Below, piece by piece: positions 38,880 through 48,577 of a stretch of DNA of 64,000 bases. Position numbers and translations under genes: made by a program. This DNA comes from an uncultured Pseudobdellovibrionaceae bacterium (GTDB taxonomy: Bacteria; Bdellovibrionota; Bdellovibrionia; Bdellovibrionales; UBA1609). Positions within the stretch are counted from its first letter, which is position 1; each line of letters starts with the position of its first letter. Under the pieces are notes generated by a model, which made no database searches, was not told where the DNA came from, and saw only the letters and a list, made by a program, of their open reading frames with translations. Where the stretch lies: NCBI GenBank assembly GCA_963803705.1, contig CAWDNU010000004.1, positions 128,001 through 192,000 of the forward strand. The letters run 5' to 3'.

Positions 38880-39995
38880 TTAGTTTAAAACCGCCTCGCT
38901 TGCCGGCACTTCTTCTGGCGCAACTATCATGACCTCGCCCTTACTAGAATTTAAAGATATAAAATTCCCCCAGGTTTCCATAATTGTATTTTGGACTAAA
39001 CTTTGTGGTAAGTTTGGAAAGTTTCTTTGTGTTAAGACGTAGTCTTTTAATTCATTATTAATTTTGTAGTAAGAGTAAAAGCAAGACTTATCTTTTCGTT
39101 TTAGGTAACCACCGAATCCAATCTCTCTGAAAAATTTAGGACCATAATCCTGACATAACAATTTTTTGTCGTGGCTTTTATTACAAATACCAGTGTAAAA
39201 ATCAAAACGGTGTTTACCTAAGATACGACCGCCAGAAGATCTTACTGTCATAAAGCCATTATGAGTGGATTTATCAGGTAATACCAAACCCCTTAGAGCA
39301 GGAAAAAATAAAACATCGCCCGCTTTGTGATGTCTCGTATCTGCGGCTACAGATCGGAATGGATCCATACAGATGGACTTTTTATGCTCTTTACTCCAGA
39401 TCCCGTAACCGAATGGGCACCTTTTATTATCAAACTCTGCAAATACACTTTGTCTGGTCACAATAGTTTTGGGCACTATAGCAAGCGTTGGGCTGATTGA
39501 TATCTTGTGAACTGTTTTGTTAAACTTTATAAAATTGTAACCAATGCGGCGACCGTCTTTTCGATCTAAAATACATACACCTTGCATCAAGCAATTTTTT
39601 TTAAGATCACAATTTATGTTAACTAAGGTTTTACCGTTTCTATCTTTTAAAGAGCAGCTGCCACCTTCTTGACCCATTGGTGTATGAAAAACCGAAGGGG
39701 TGAACTTATGAGTGTCTTCATCTCTTTCAAACTCTTTGCAAAAAGCCGACTCCGGTCCTGCGCTTGATTTTACAATATAAGACTGGTCATCTTTAGTAAG
39801 TTCTAAAATCTTTTTTAACTGCGCACTTCTAACCTTCGGTGAAATGACAGGTTTAGCAGACTTAGCAGCTGAAGAGACTAAAACCTTATAGGTCTGGTCT
39901 AATTCACTTAGCTCTAAAGCCTCAGATTGAGACGAGACTGTAAATACAGTAGTAAGAAGGACTGCCACAAAAGGGCGATTATAATTCAATGTCAT
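38880..39995 (-). CDS. Secreted 3D-domain (MltA-like) protein
   Basis: Signal peptide; PFRSVAAD, P.LRG..LPD...HNG and SGG.I.G..RFDFYTG motifs. Confidence 0.8.
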   Translation of the reverse strand: MTLNYNRPFVAVLLTTVFTVSSQSEALELSELDQTYKVLVSSAAKSAKPVISPKVRSAQLKKILELTKDDQSYIVKSSAGPESAFCKEFERDEDTHKFTPSVFHTPMGQEGGSCSLKDRNGKTLVNINCDLKKNCLMQGVCILDRKDGRRIGYNFIKFNKTVHKISISPTLAIVPKTIVTRQSVFAEFDNKRCPFGYGIWSKEHKKSICMDPFRSVAADTRHHKAGDVLFFPALRGLVLPDKSTHNGFMTVRSSGGRILGKHRFDFYTGICNKSHDKKLLCQDYGPKFFREIGFGGYLKRKDKSCFYSYYKINNELKDYVLTQRNFPNLPQSLVQNTIMETWGNFISLNSSKGEVMIVAPEEVPASEAVLN

Positions 39996-40408
39996 AACAC
40001 CTATAAGGCAAAACTAGGGCCAATAATTGTCACTTCTAATTGTATTTATTTCGATATGAGGTCTCACAACAGGGAAAAGTCTACCCAGGTGTCCATAGTT
40101 TTTACACTATTTCGGACTGACCATGGTCTGACCATCGTCCTACACCTTCATGACATCGATTTACATTGGGAAAGACACAGTCTGAATAATTTTTAATTCA
40201 ATTTCTGCCTGGTTTTCTGCAAAAATTTACTTCAAGCTGCACCTTTCTACTCAAGTATAGGTCAAAACCCTGGTTACTCTTCAAAAACAAGGCCCCATTT
40301 CAAGCTCTTGTAAGTGGCTCTAAAATTGCTTAATTAGACTAGATTTAATATAAAAGAAAATATGAAGTGCATCTAAGTTGTACAAAATTTATTTATGAGT
40401 GGTCAACG

Positions 40409-41225
40409 ATGGTAATTAAAAAGCTATTTATAGCAATAATTTCACTTGAATGCTGTTTGGCATCTGCGGATCAGAGCTGCTTTCAAATGCTATTGAGCGA
40501 GCGTGAAATGACCCTTATATCTTCGAATTTAATGCTATCAAATATCCTTTACTTAAACGAAGACATTTTTAGAGATAATATGACTTTAGCTGATGTCGGG
40601 ACTTGATATAGAAAGGTCAGCATTTTCATTTTCAAAGTGGGTAGAGCTAGAGTCTGCAAATCCATCTAAAAACTTTTTTTTGGGGCTTACTAAGGACGGT
40701 CTTGTTTACGCAGTCCTATATGATCAAAAAACGATGAGTGGCAACGCCTTTAAACTAAGTTATTTAAACTTTCTAGATTTCAGAATCACAAATAAATCTT
40801 CGGTCTTAGCCGAGGATCAAAATGGCGATAGATATTTGTACTCTTTAAATCAAATGTTAGTTCAAAATCTAGCAAAAACAGCATTAAGTCACAAGCTGAA
40901 GATAGCACTAAAAAATGCTTTGCAATACTCAGCCGTGGGGTTGACTGCAGCAACAACCTTGTTTTTAAGCGGCAGCGGCGCAGCCCCGGTTTCAGAGGAG
41001 CTTCTTAGGACTATGCCACTATGGCTGACTTTTTCGACGGGCTTGTCATTATTCGAAACGCTTATTTCAGCTAGGCCAAGTAAGCTAATCACTCAAACAG
41101 GATTTATTGAATATCGAAGTCAATCAAACCAAACTGAGTGGTTTGAAACTGAAAATTCCAAGGTTTTTTCAGCTATTAACCATCTAGGACTTCAAAGCAT
41201 TCTATCTTCTTCAGGTAAATGGTAA
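40409..41225 (+). CDS. Hypothetical exported/membrane protein, apparently split by a frameshift near 40595
   Basis: Signal-peptide ORF 40409-40606 overlaps ORF 40593-41225, which carries two hydrophobic helices. Confidence 0.55.
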
Positions 41226-41285
41226 CTATAGTCTTAATAGGTAACTCCATACTTAACTATAACTCATTTTTTTTGCTTCAATCAT

Positions 41286-41483
41286 TCAATTTTCATTCAA
41301 GCTAGCAAGAATTCTGACTGCTTGGTTAAAGTCTTCTTCGTCCACGCTCACTGAAATTACCTCACCTAACAGCGAGTCTAGTCCGTACTCATTAGATAAA
41401 TGAGCTTTGATATTGTAGCTTGATAAAAAGGACTGCAAAGATTTGGCTTCTAAGAGTGAGATTTTTTCTTTTATAACTTTCAT
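41286..41483 (-). CDS. DUF2007-like putative signal-transducing protein
   Basis: EA..LQSFL...NI.A.L.NE and V.V.EEDF.QA..IL pattern. Confidence 0.75.
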   Translation of the reverse strand: MKVIKEKISLLEAKSLQSFLSSYNIKAHLSNEYGLDSLLGEVISVSVDEEDFNQAVRILASLNEN

Positions 41484-41548
41484 ATATTTTATTCTAATGT
41501 ATATGTGTTAATATCAGAAATAGAAACTGCATTAGAAAGGTCTAAAAA

Positions 41549-42922
41549 ATGATTTCGGGCTCGAAACCTAAGGAAAACTCTCTTAAAGTGAATAATGCCG
41601 ACGCCAACAATCCAAAGCCAGCTGCTAATCGTATCAAGAGGTCTAAACCTAAAGAATTAGAATTACCCTTAGATATCCATCAATTCGAAAATTTTGCTCT
41701 AACTGCTGGATGTCGATACCTAGAAGTTGGTGGTCCTACCTCTAGACTTGAAGACAAGATTATTCAATTAGGTAATTCTTACGAATTACAACCAGAGGTC
41801 TTTGCGACCCCATCTGCAATTATGATTAGCGCTATGAGCAATGAAAAAAGATTTACAAGCTCACTAAAACGAATCAAAGAGTCGACAATTGATCTGAATT
41901 TACTTTTTAAAATAGATGTTTTATTCGATAAAGTGATTCAAAAAGAGTTCACAGTGCACGAAGCATATAAATATATTTGTGAAAAAGAATACTCCGATCA
42001 ACTCTACAATCCAACTTCGGTTTCAGTGGCCTCGTTCGTTGTAGGTTTTTTAGCTAGTTACTTACATTTTCAAAGCGTTCATTCGGGAGTTGTAAGCGGT
42101 CTTCTAAGCTTTGTATTGGTTGCTTTAGTTCAACCATTTTTTAATTACCTTGCTTTCACGCGAATCTTCTATGTTTTTTTTGCATCACTACTTTCTATCG
42201 GATTAGCGGCTTGTATCGAAGTATACCTTCAGCTGCCTATCGAGGCTTCGTTTATAGGCTCCCTAATTGTGCTAGTTCCTGGTTTAATGCTGACGACTGC
42301 CGTTTCTGAGCTTGCAGAACATAATTTTGTGTCTGGCACCGTTAAGCTTGTGAATGGAGTGCTAATTTTAATTTCTATTGGAACCGCTCTTTTCATCGGA
42401 AAAGACATTATTGGTTTTTTAAACCCGCAGTCTTTACCGCTTAACCTTGATTACCCCCTGGAGGCACCTGTTGATCAAATCACTTCGATTATTGGAACCA
42501 TTTGTATCATGTTTGCTTTTTGTATTCAGTTTCAAACATCCAAACGATTTATTTTATGTGCCGTTATAACTGGTATTTCTGGTCAAATAGGTTTCGAACT
42601 TTTTAAAAATGCTTCTAGTTATGCTTTACCTTCGTTCGTAGCTGCATTATTTATTGGTCTTACTAGCTTAAGTTTTTCAAGGCTCTTCAAGACGCCCAGT
42701 CAAATATTTTCGGTGCCGGGAATTGTTTCTTTGGTCCCTGGAGTCCTGTCATTTACAATATATAACTCAACCTCACTGGGAGCTGGGGCTAATTCAGGAG
42801 ACTCTAAAATTTTAACCGTAGCGATAATCGCTTCATCACTGGTGTTTGGTCTAATAATGGCACGCTTCCCATTTAGAATGTATCAAAAGACTCAAGGAAT
42901 GCCGTTCAGTTCGACCGAGTAA
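41549..42922 (+). CDS. Threonine/serine exporter family (ThrE) protein
   Basis: G..L..GGPTSRLE, IVLVPGLMLTTAVSEL..SG and VPGIVSLVPG motifs; about 10 TM helices. Confidence 0.9.
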   Translation: MISGSKPKENSLKVNNADANNPKPAANRIKRSKPKELELPLDIHQFENFALTAGCRYLEVGGPTSRLEDKIIQLGNSYELQPEVFATPSAIMISAMSNEKRFTSSLKRIKESTIDLNLLFKIDVLFDKVIQKEFTVHEAYKYICEKEYSDQLYNPTSVSVASFVVGFLASYLHFQSVHSGVVSGLLSFVLVALVQPFFNYLAFTRIFYVFFASLLSIGLAACIEVYLQLPIEASFIGSLIVLVPGLMLTTAVSELAEHNFVSGTVKLVNGVLILISIGTALFIGKDIIGFLNPQSLPLNLDYPLEAPVDQITSIIGTICIMFAFCIQFQTSKRFILCAVITGISGQIGFELFKNASSYALPSFVAALFIGLTSLSFSRLFKTPSQIFSVPGIVSLVPGVLSFTIYNSTSLGAGANSGDSKILTVAIIASSLVFGLIMARFPFRMYQKTQGMPFSSTE

Positions 42923-42942
42923 AATACTTACCTAACGTTATA

Positions 42943-43167
42943 TTATTGATTGTAACGATTTTCAGATGAGTCAGTTGTGTTTACGCTATCTACTAGCTCG
43001 ACCTCTATGGGTTGAGTCTGTAAATTTTGTGTATAATTAAGCGATTTAAAAAAGCTTAAAACCGTAGCCACCAAAATAAGGTGACCAATCAAAGAGCCTA
43101 AAAAGTATAGTAAAAGGTTTTTCTGTCTGTAAACCTTTTTAAAAAAAATTAAAAATTTTTTTCTCAT
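42943..43167 (-). CDS. Small single-TM protein resembling an isolated TonB/TolA N-terminal anchor
   Basis: Basic N-terminus, TM with S-x3-H (GSLIGHLIL), then PIEVELV. Confidence 0.6.
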   Translation of the reverse strand: MRKKFLIFFKKVYRQKNLLLYFLGSLIGHLILVATVLSFFKSLNYTQNLQTQPIEVELVDSVNTTDSSENRYNQ

Positions 43168-43267
43168 TTCTCATCAAATCATCAAGTTTAAAAATCTGCT
43201 TTTTTATCAATCAAGCTCGTGTGCGTGACTGATCAAAAAAAGTTTAGCGCCAATAAAATTTAAATGA

Positions 43268-43714
43268 CTACTCTTTCGAACAGGTAAACCCTGCTGTTTC
43301 TAGATTGGTTTTAATCTTTTCAGCCACAGTGTCAGCGTAACTCGGATCAGTTTTGGCTAATGCCACAGTTTTCACAGTATCAAACTTTTTATAAACAACA
43401 CCAACCGAGTCGTCCTTTTGTGTGATAACCGTGATCTCGCGGACATCTTTTGCGGACGTACATATAAACTTATATTTTTGGGTTCCGGTGACGTCCCCGA
43501 ACTGAACGGTTTCAGATGAAGGTTCTGAGTCCTGCTCACCACTACCGGAGTTTTCGACGTTTTCAGTGCTTTCTGTAGATGTCTTCACTGCTGAATTTTT
43601 GTCATTCTGAGATTCTTTAAAATTCGGATTGCTAGACTCTGTAGCTGGTTTGTCTTTGGCCCAAGATGTAGAGCCTAAAAAGGTAAGTGCGAATATTAGA
43701 ATCATTGATTTCAT
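43268..43714 (-). CDS. Secreted hypothetical protein (Ser/Glu-rich linker plus C-terminal two-Cys domain)
   Basis: Signal peptide ending SWA; C...DVR.I....VVYKK...LETAGFTC; AAGGAG RBS. Confidence 0.8.
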   Translation of the reverse strand: MKSMILIFALTFLGSTSWAKDKPATESSNPNFKESQNDKNSAVKTSTESTENVENSGSGEQDSEPSSETVQFGDVTGTQKYKFICTSAKDVREITVITQKDDSVGVVYKKFDTVKTVALAKTDPSYADTVAEKIKTNLETAGFTCSKE

Positions 43715-43877
43715 AAAATCTCCTTTCAAGGCTAGGTGTAATGATTACTTAGCAGCCAATTTAAATTCCATAATTTCAACAACGGCTTTGATAAGCAAGT
43801 CCTGCTGCAAATAGTTCGGCCCTCGAAACCGATATACAAAATAAATTCAACATGCAATTCCAGCAAAGACTTAATAC

Positions 43878-44726
43878 CTATTTCTTGGGATTAAAGCTGC
43901 CTAAGTCGACATTGTAGATTTGGCTACAGTACTCGCATATGATCTCCGCTTTTTTCTGTTCTGGTGAATTTTCCTGCTGATTTGCAAAGGCCAGTGCACG
44001 CTCAGCTCTTTCAAGCGAGCAGTTACAGCCAAAACTTATAGGAGCATCGAAAGTCTTGACCCCTGTTTTTTCAAGTGCAACTTCAGCCATACTTTTAATT
44101 GGCTTACTTAGATCTAACTGCCAATCTGAAAGACTTCCTAATTCAGCAAACTTTTCATCCCAAAAATGTGAAATCAGTTCAAATTTTGTAGCATCTTCCT
44201 GCGGAAAGACTTCAAAAAAATATCCAAGGGCTGACTTTATTCGTAAATCTTTAGATTTTACATCGTAATTAACCCATAGATTCATAGCGCAACGCCTTTG
44301 TTCTGACTGATGTAAGTACTCTAATAAATCGGTGCAAACGTCACCTTTCGAATTTACAATTCCAGTATGGGTTTTCTGCTGATCTCGTAAAACTTGAAGT
44401 GTACCCTCGCCCAATGATTCTGTGATTTCACCAGAAAAAGCTTTGGGATTAATAATTGTACCGCGCCCTTGCCAGTTTTCATTTACGTCGACGTACAAAT
44501 TGCCAAAATCCCCGTCTACATTCCACTGCAGCTTAGTTCTATGATCTTGATCCTTGGAAGATAATTCATGAACCAAATAGCATGACATCAAAGCTTGTCC
44601 AAGATGAATACCCGCCGGAGGCAGCGCTGTGGTTTTAAGGATCACTTCATTTACTGTTTGTGTAGCGTTAACAAAGATAAACTGCGCGCTTGAATCTTTC
44701 GTCATGTATTTGGCTATCTGGTCCAT
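43878..44726 (-). CDS. hslO: Hsp33 redox-regulated chaperone
   Basis: G.FGN, LGEGTL, YLHQSEQ and zinc motif CNC...CEYC. Confidence 0.88.
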   Translation of the reverse strand: MDQIAKYMTKDSSAQFIFVNATQTVNEVILKTTALPPAGIHLGQALMSCYLVHELSSKDQDHRTKLQWNVDGDFGNLYVDVNENWQGRGTIINPKAFSGEITESLGEGTLQVLRDQQKTHTGIVNSKGDVCTDLLEYLHQSEQRRCAMNLWVNYDVKSKDLRIKSALGYFFEVFPQEDATKFELISHFWDEKFAELGSLSDWQLDLSKPIKSMAEVALEKTGVKTFDAPISFGCNCSLERAERALAFANQQENSPEQKKAEIICEYCSQIYNVDLGSFNPKK

Positions 44727-44888
44727 AAATTTACCTCATCTTTAAGTGGCACTAGCAATTTTCATTTCGCTTTCAATTACGTCACAATTTGGCTTTAAGT
44801 CTGCTTGTTCATTGAGTTTTTAACCTATAAAGGTTGATTATGCTATATGATAAAAGCAAATTAGTTGCTCTTATAAGGTGGGCTACAA

Positions 44889-45122
44889 TTGACGTGTTTA
44901 TGGGATTTAAAACCTCAGGAAGAAGGGATTATTGTTAACTTAGATAGCGCAAATTTTTTAACTGAGCGTTTGAGAAACTATGGTTTTAACAATGGTCAAA
45001 GCGCAAGGTACCTTTATAAAACATCTATGGGCGGACCCAGAGTTTATCTTCTAGAGGACACTGTGTATTCGTTGAGTTTCGAAATGGCAGCTCAAATTCC
45101 TATTCAAAAAGTGTCTCAATGA
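44889..45122 (+). CDS. feoA: Ferrous iron transport protein A
   Basis: RLRNYGF..G and MGGP motifs; overlaps the feoB start. Confidence 0.88.
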   Translation: MTCLWDLKPQEEGIIVNLDSANFLTERLRNYGFNNGQSARYLYKTSMGGPRVYLLEDTVYSLSFEMAAQIPIQKVSQ

Positions 45123-46897
45123 GTGAAATTTATTTGGTTGGTCGCCCTAACGTTGGGAAATCATATTTATTTAATCGTTTAACCGATTCCGATCAAAAAA
45201 TCGGTAACTTTGCTGGAGTGACTTTCGATAAAAAATCTAAAAACATCGCAGGCACAGATCTGACGCTAACTGATCTGCCAGGCTTATACTCACTAAGCAC
45301 CAATTCTGCCGACGAGTTGTTAGCACTAAATAGTTTAACAAACTCTGCTCCGGAAGACTTAATTTGTGTCGTCGTTGAGTCTTTAAAGCTTAAAACCCAG
45401 CTTCATTATATTTTAGGGTTAAGAACGTGGTGTGAAGAAAACTACAGGTCAATGATTCTTTGTTTGAATATGAAAGACGAGGCCGACCATCATGGAATTA
45501 GTTTTGATACTAAAGCCTTGGAACTAGAGCTTAGTCTACCAGTATTTTTGGTCTCTGCTAAATCTAATTACGGATTAAATGAGCTTAGTAATTTTTTTAG
45601 AAATAAAAGATGGTCTCCGCCAGAAAATTTGTCTATTCCAAGTGAAACACTGATACCAAAGCTAAAACAGTATATCCTAGGAGACCTTTCTAAAGTTATT
45701 CGAATGCAAAATAGAATTGATAAATTTATCTTATCACCCATGTTTGGGCCTATAATTTTTTTACTTTTCACTTTTGTATTGTTTCAATCAATTTTTTCTT
45801 GGGCAGAGCCTTTCATGAATGTGGTCGAGTCTTCAGTCACCTACCTGAACCAGCTGGTCTCGCCCTTGTTTTCAGGTCACTTGCAGTCTTTTGTGGACAA
45901 CGCTATTTTTGCCGGCTTCGGAGCTTTTTTAGTTTTCACCCCACAAATATTTATACTGACTTTCGTCCTAACTTTTCTAGAAAAAAGCGGGTATATGGCC
46001 CGAGCTATACTTTTATGCCACCAACCCTTAAGTTGGTTTGGACTGCATGGCAAAAGCTTTGTTCCTTTAATGACAGGTCACGCTTGTGCTGTGCCAGCAA
46101 TATACGCCACCCGAAATATCGAAAGCGAATGGGTTAGAAAGATCACGGTATTTGTGATTCCTTTAACTGTTTGCTCGGCTCGTATTCCTGTGTATGCGTT
46201 ACTCATTAAACTTTTAATCCCTGATGAAACCTATATGTATGGTCTTTTTGGTTTGCAGGGTTTGGTTTTCTTTTTCATGTATTTTTTTGGTTTGTTTTTA
46301 GCTTTACTAATCAGTGCCTTAATCAATTCTTATGCGAAGGTTACATCTACTAACGATGATTTTATTATTGAATTGCCTCAATACAGAAAACCAGAAATGT
46401 ACTCTTTGATTTCAAAGGCACTGAAAACTACCAAAGACTTTGTAAAGGACGCTGGACCAATAATATTTATTTTGAATGCTGTAATTTGGGCATTAAGCTA
46501 TTTGCCTACCGCAGATGGTGATTTGAAAGCTTCATATTTGGCTCAGGCAGGCCGTTGGTTAGAGCCTTTGTTTACCCCGATAGGATTGGATTGGATTCAA
46601 GGTGTAGCTGTTTTAAGTTCTTTTGTCGCCAGAGAGGTTTTTGTAAGCACACTAGGGCTACTTTATGGTTTAAACTCTGAGAATAGCTCTGAAGTAGTAA
46701 ATCTATCTGAGATGCAAAATATTAGTTTTGCTTCTGGACTTTCACTTTTGTTCTTTTTTGCTATTGCCCTGCAATGTATGAGCACAGTTTCTGTAATGGC
46801 AAAAGAAATAAGTTCAAAATCAGCTTACTTAGCTCTAAGTTTTTATCTTGTTTTAGCCTATGTAGTCTCTTTTTGTATTTACCAGATATTATCTTAA
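45119..46897 (+). CDS. feoB: Ferrous iron transport protein B (compact form)
   Basis: GRPNVGKS, GNFAGVT, DLPGLYSL, NMKD, GYMAR, CAVPA, CSARIPVY, ELPQY and AREVFV motifs. Confidence 0.95.
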   Translation: MSEIYLVGRPNVGKSYLFNRLTDSDQKIGNFAGVTFDKKSKNIAGTDLTLTDLPGLYSLSTNSADELLALNSLTNSAPEDLICVVVESLKLKTQLHYILGLRTWCEENYRSMILCLNMKDEADHHGISFDTKALELELSLPVFLVSAKSNYGLNELSNFFRNKRWSPPENLSIPSETLIPKLKQYILGDLSKVIRMQNRIDKFILSPMFGPIIFLLFTFVLFQSIFSWAEPFMNVVESSVTYLNQLVSPLFSGHLQSFVDNAIFAGFGAFLVFTPQIFILTFVLTFLEKSGYMARAILLCHQPLSWFGLHGKSFVPLMTGHACAVPAIYATRNIESEWVRKITVFVIPLTVCSARIPVYALLIKLLIPDETYMYGLFGLQGLVFFFMYFFGLFLALLISALINSYAKVTSTNDDFIIELPQYRKPEMYSLISKALKTTKDFVKDAGPIIFILNAVIWALSYLPTADGDLKASYLAQAGRWLEPLFTPIGLDWIQGVAVLSSFVAREVFVSTLGLLYGLNSENSSEVVNLSEMQNISFASGLSLLFFFAIALQCMSTVSVMAKEISSKSAYLALSFYLVLAYVVSFCIYQILS

Positions 46898-46965
46898 ATT
46901 TATAATGTAATACGCCATTGGCGATGATAGACCCATATCTAAATCAAACACTAAAAGGAATTATT

Positions 46966-47736
46966 ATGAAACTAGCAGCACTGATCCTAACAGTAGGACT
47001 TTTATTTCTTTCGGGTTGCGGTATAAAGGTCGTCGAGACGGGTAACCGCGGAGTCAAAGTTAGATTTGGTGAAATTATAGGAGATCCATTACCTGAAGGC
47101 CTCTATTTTTATAACCCACTGACAACTTCGATTAAGGAGCTAAACGTAAGAGAAGTTAAACGTTCAGCCACAACGAACGTGTATTCTAAAGATGCTCAGG
47201 TGGTGGAGATCACATACACTCTAAACTTCAAACCCAATGCGCTAAAGATCTCGGAACTCTATAAAGAAGTGGGTTACAATTGGAGCGAAGTTCTGATTCG
47301 ACAAATCTTAGAGGGCAATATCAAACAAGTCAGTGGAAAGTATGCAGCTGTTGACTTGATCGAGCAACGTCAAGAGTACGTAAACCAAATTATCACAGAA
47401 CTTACCGATGAGTTCAGCAAAAAACGCATTGATCTAATTGCTTTTGAAGTTAACGATATGAATTTCGATGATGATTTCGAAACAGCTGTTAAAAATAAAG
47501 TCATAGCTGTGGAACAGGCAAAAGAGGCACAAAATAGAACTGTGAAAATCAAAGAGGAAGCTTCACAAAAGATAATCGCTGCCAAAGCCGAAGCAGAAAG
47601 TATGCGGATCAGGTCCGAAGCCTTAAGGGCTAACAAGGGACTTGTAGATTACGAAGCTGTACAAAAGTGGGATGGTAAACTTCCTCAGCAGATGCTTGGC
47701 AATTCTATGCCTTTTATAAATATTAAGTCTAAGTAG
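46966..47736 (+). CDS. SPFH/prohibitin family protein (lipobox LSGC)
   Basis: V..GNRGV..RFG....L.EGL.F.NP, SKDAQ, AKAEAES and KWDGKLP motifs. Confidence 0.92.
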   Translation: MKLAALILTVGLLFLSGCGIKVVETGNRGVKVRFGEIIGDPLPEGLYFYNPLTTSIKELNVREVKRSATTNVYSKDAQVVEITYTLNFKPNALKISELYKEVGYNWSEVLIRQILEGNIKQVSGKYAAVDLIEQRQEYVNQIITELTDEFSKKRIDLIAFEVNDMNFDDDFETAVKNKVIAVEQAKEAQNRTVKIKEEASQKIIAAKAEAESMRIRSEALRANKGLVDYEAVQKWDGKLPQQMLGNSMPFINIKSK

Positions 47737-47740
47737 AACG

Positions 47741-48247
47741 TTAAAGGCCGATCTGGTGAAATTTGTGTTCCAACTTACCCTTAACACTTCTGATCTTTGA
47801 AATCAGATGAGATATGGACATTTCAATTTTAATGTATTTCTCGGTTAATAAGTCTGCTGATTGAGCAGACTGCGCCGAGCTTTTTTGTCCAGCCAAATTT
47901 TGATTTGAAGAATTATCCTGAGACAACAAAACCTTAGTTTTCTGAATCTGTAAATCACGATAATCCTTTAGTGCCTTTCTAGCTCCAGGAATTGAAAACT
48001 GATCTATGTATAGAAACATTTTAATTAATATTACCGTTTCCACATCTCTTTTTGAATAAATCCGTTGATTGTTAGCGGCTTTTTTTGGGTTTAAGGACTT
48101 AAATTCTTGCTCCCAATACCTTAAAACATATGGTTTTACGCCCAGCAAATCCGCAACATCACCAATTTTAAAGGCCATTTGATCTGGGATTTTTTTAAAT
48201 TCCAGTTTTAAGTCAAAATCCTTGTCACCTATGGTTTCTTGATCCAT
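47741..48247 (-). CDS. MerR family transcriptional regulator
   Basis: FKIGDVA.L.GVKPYVLRYWEQEF..L.P.K...QR.Y; conserved position after ihfA. Confidence 0.93.
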   Translation of the reverse strand: MDQETIGDKDFDLKLEFKKIPDQMAFKIGDVADLLGVKPYVLRYWEQEFKSLNPKKAANNQRIYSKRDVETVILIKMFLYIDQFSIPGARKALKDYRDLQIQKTKVLLSQDNSSNQNLAGQKSSAQSAQSADLLTEKYIKIEMSISHLISKIRSVKGKLEHKFHQIGL

Positions 48248-48577
48248 TTATCCTCTTACTTCTGAACTTGGATCTTGATCATCATTGATTAAGTCTTTAA
48301 GTATTTGGCTTGGTTTAAAAGTTAGCACGCGGCGAGCAGAGATCGTAATTTGATCACCAGTTTGTGGATTTCTGCCAGGTCTTTCCTTTTTTTCTTTTAC
48401 TGTAAAGTTACCAAAGCCAGATATTTTTACGCGCTCGCCTTCGTTCAGACTATTTTTCAAAGTCGAGAAAACAAGTTCAACTAAATCAGAAGCTTCTTTC
48501 TTTGAGAACCCAATTTTATTATAAACGCGCTCTACAATATCAGCTTTGGTTAGCGTTACACCTTCGTCTTCTGTCAT
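48248..48577 (-). CDS. ihfA: Integration host factor alpha subunit
   Basis: LTKADI, VKISGFGNF, RPGRNPQTG and ARRVLTFKPS motifs; downstream of pheT. Confidence 0.96.
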   Translation of the reverse strand: MTEDEGVTLTKADIVERVYNKIGFSKKEASDLVELVFSTLKNSLNEGERVKISGFGNFTVKEKKERPGRNPQTGDQITISARRVLTFKPSQILKDLINDDQDPSSEVRG

